From: an uncultured Bacillota bacterium
GTDB taxonomy: Bacteria; Sysuimicrobiota; Sysuimicrobiia; Sysuimicrobiales; Segetimicrobiaceae
DNA length: 64,000 nt
NCBI GenBank assembly: GCA_963804645.1
Contig: CAWDRG010000017.1
Span: forward strand, 32,001-96,000
Reading direction: 5' to 3'
Position numbers and translations under genes: made by a program. Below, in pieces: positions 62,285 through 64,000 of this stretch. The notes beneath the pieces were generated by a model, which saw only the letters and a program-made list of their open reading frames with translations, had not been told where the DNA came from and made no database searches. Each line of letters opens with the position of its first letter. The first letter of the stretch is position 1.

Positions 62285-63067
62285 TTACGCCAGCCGGTAC
62301 ACGCCGGGCTTGACCTCGGGGAAGCGCTTCCAGACCTCGCCGTCGTGGCCGGGGCAGATCCGGGATTCGTCGCCGTCGGTCAGCGTGCGAATCCGCTCCA
62401 TCGCTTCGATGCACTTTCGCAGATCGCCCACGTGCACCGCCGGGGGCATCCAGTCCCGGAGGTTCCGGTACGTGGTCAGGGCGTCGTTCGCGATCACGAA
62501 CGGGCCGCGCGAGGTGCGCACGACGACGATCTGCATGCCGGGCGAGTGCCCGCCGACCAACTCGAGGGAGACGCCGTCCGCCACGTCGGTGTTGCCGTCG
62601 ATCACGCGCAGCCGGCCGCTCGACTGCAGGGCCGCGAGATCCTCCGCGAAGCAGTCGCTGACAAACCGCTGGTGCCACCGCTCCCGCGCGCCGTAGCCCG
62701 TCCAAAACTCGAGTTCCGCGCGCTGCACCCAGAACACCGCGCGCGGGAAGATGCCTTCCACGTCAAAATGGTCCCAGTGCAGGTGCGTGAGAATGACGGT
62801 GGACACGCTGGCCGCGTCGACCCCCGCGGTCTCGAGAAGTTCCTCGCGCGTCCGGAACCCGGCCGCGGAGAGCTTCGGGTTCTTCGCCTGGGCGAGCCGG
62901 TGGGTGAAGCCCGTATCGACCACGATCGGGCCGCCCGCGCCCTGAAGCACCCACAGGAAAAACGCCGACGCCGCGGTCTCGCCGATCGGATACAGGTACA
63001 TCCGCGTCGACCAGTCGACCGTGCGCCCGCCGGCGCACAGCGCGTAAATCTCGTAGGTGCTGGCCAT
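62285..63067 (-). CDS. MBL-fold lactonase-like hydrolase, close paralog of 2652..3428
   Basis: VVDTG, THLHWDH, GGHSPG, AND, CPGHD. Confidence 0.88.
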   Translation of the reverse strand: MASTYEIYALCAGGRTVDWSTRMYLYPIGETAASAFFLWVLQGAGGPIVVDTGFTHRLAQAKNPKLSAAGFRTREELLETAGVDAASVSTVILTHLHWDHFDVEGIFPRAVFWVQRAELEFWTGYGARERWHQRFVSDCFAEDLAALQSSGRLRVIDGNTDVADGVSLELVGGHSPGMQIVVVRTSRGPFVIANDALTTYRNLRDWMPPAVHVGDLRKCIEAMERIRTLTDGDESRICPGHDGEVWKRFPEVKPGVYRLA

Positions 63068-63175
63068 GACTTCCTCCGCGATGCGCCGCGCCCCGCGCGG
63101 ACGATCCTTCTCGTGTTACGCGGCCATTCCGCGCCGCTCCTGCCACAGGGCCGCGCGGCCCCCCCGGCGGCCGGT

Positions 63176-64000
63176 CTACGGCAGCGCGGCGAGCGCGTCC
63201 TCGAGAAGCCGGAAGAACGCGGCGCGGTCTGCGCGCAGCCCGACCCGCGCGTTGGGAGCCGCCCCGCGCGGGCCGATGCCGGGGGCGGCCGCCGGATTCA
63301 CCTCGGGCAGATGGCGCGCGTCGCAGACCGTCATCCCCCGCGTGTGCTCACCGCGCAGTTCGACCGCCACGTGCATCGCCGTCCACGAGATCACCGGCGG
63401 CTCCAACAGGATCGCGACCGCGCAGGGATCGTGCAGCGGTCCGGCCGCGTTGCCGCCGTGCGCGAGCTGCCGCGCCAGGTACTCCCGCAGCAGGCTCGCC
63501 GCCACCTCGGCCGCGTGTGTCCGGATCGCCTCGATGCGCGCGAGCGCGTCCCGGTCCACGTTGACCTGCCGCGTCAGGTTCAGGCCGGACATCCACAGCG
63601 GCACGCCGCTTCGAAAGACGATGTCGGCCGCCTCGGGATCGAACCACGTGTTGAACTCCGCGGCTGGCGTGATGTTCCCGGCGGTCGCGGAGCCGCCCAT
63701 CACGCTGATCGCCGCCAGGCGCGGCGCGATGTCGGGCGCCGTCCGGAGCGCCACCGCGACGTTCGTCAACGGCCCGACCGCGATGATCGTGAGGTCGTCG
63801 CGGGCACGCGCCGTCTCGACGAGGAACTCGACGGCGTGCCGGGGGTCGGGCTCGCCGCGGACGGGCGGGAACGCGTAGCCGTCGAGGCCGCTCTCCCCGT
63901 GGATCGCCGCGGCGTGCACCGGCGCCCGCACCAGCGGCGCCGCGCACCCCCGCGCCACCGGCACCTCGAGGCCCGCGAGATCGACCAGCCGGAGCGCATT
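63176..64000 (-). CDS. Nucleoside hydrolase (IUNH family), 5' end beyond the window
   Basis: IHGESGL, GPLTNVA, MGG...GNITPAAEFN..FDPEAA, LHDP.AVA, G..TRGMTVCD. Confidence 0.93.
   Translation of the reverse strand, partial: NALRLVDLAGLEVPVARGCAAPLVRAPVHAAAIHGESGLDGYAFPPVRGEPDPRHAVEFLVETARARDDLTIIAVGPLTNVAVALRTAPDIAPRLAAISVMGGSATAGNITPAAEFNTWFDPEAADIVFRSGVPLWMSGLNLTRQVNVDRDALARIEAIRTHAAEVAASLLREYLARQLAHGGNAAGPLHDPCAVAILLEPPVISWTAMHVAVELRGEHTRGMTVCDARHLPEVNPAAAPGIGPRGAAPNARVGLRADRAAFFRLLEDALAALP

Overview
A very GC-rich bacterial window made almost entirely of accessory catabolic and transport genes. I saw no rRNA, tRNA or CRISPR array. The centrepiece (about 4.6-21.4 kb) is a divergent locus around an XRE-cupin regulator. 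Its left arm starts with a protein resembling the McbB/cucumopine-synthase (Pictet-Spenglerase) family, followed by a ThDP enzyme, an M20 hydrolase, a peptide/opine-type ABC importer, two Mer-like LLM oxidoreductases and an M24 hydrolase. Its right arm has a 2-oxoacid-dehydrogenase-like E1a/E1b/E2 set with an altered E1a active-site loop, a second M24 paralog and an F420-type LLM. Elsewhere: three gamma-glutamyltransferase-family genes, two paralogous MBL-fold lactonase-like genes, an MlrC/PrpD/amidohydrolase operon, a Kch-type K+ channel with an internal RBS for a soluble RCK domain, katG beside a deleted MOSC gene, a PRMT-like methyltransferase, and an AT-richer patch (about 54.4-60.1 kb) with a polyglycine-hydrolase-like protein and an IS1380 remnant. 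A sigma-H-like bipartite motif (AGGA-N15/16-nnGAA) recurs upstream of about 11 transcription units. Several otherwise intact genes carry single-base frameshifts, most likely assembly errors. Family calls come from motif recognition and recalled family features, not from database searches.
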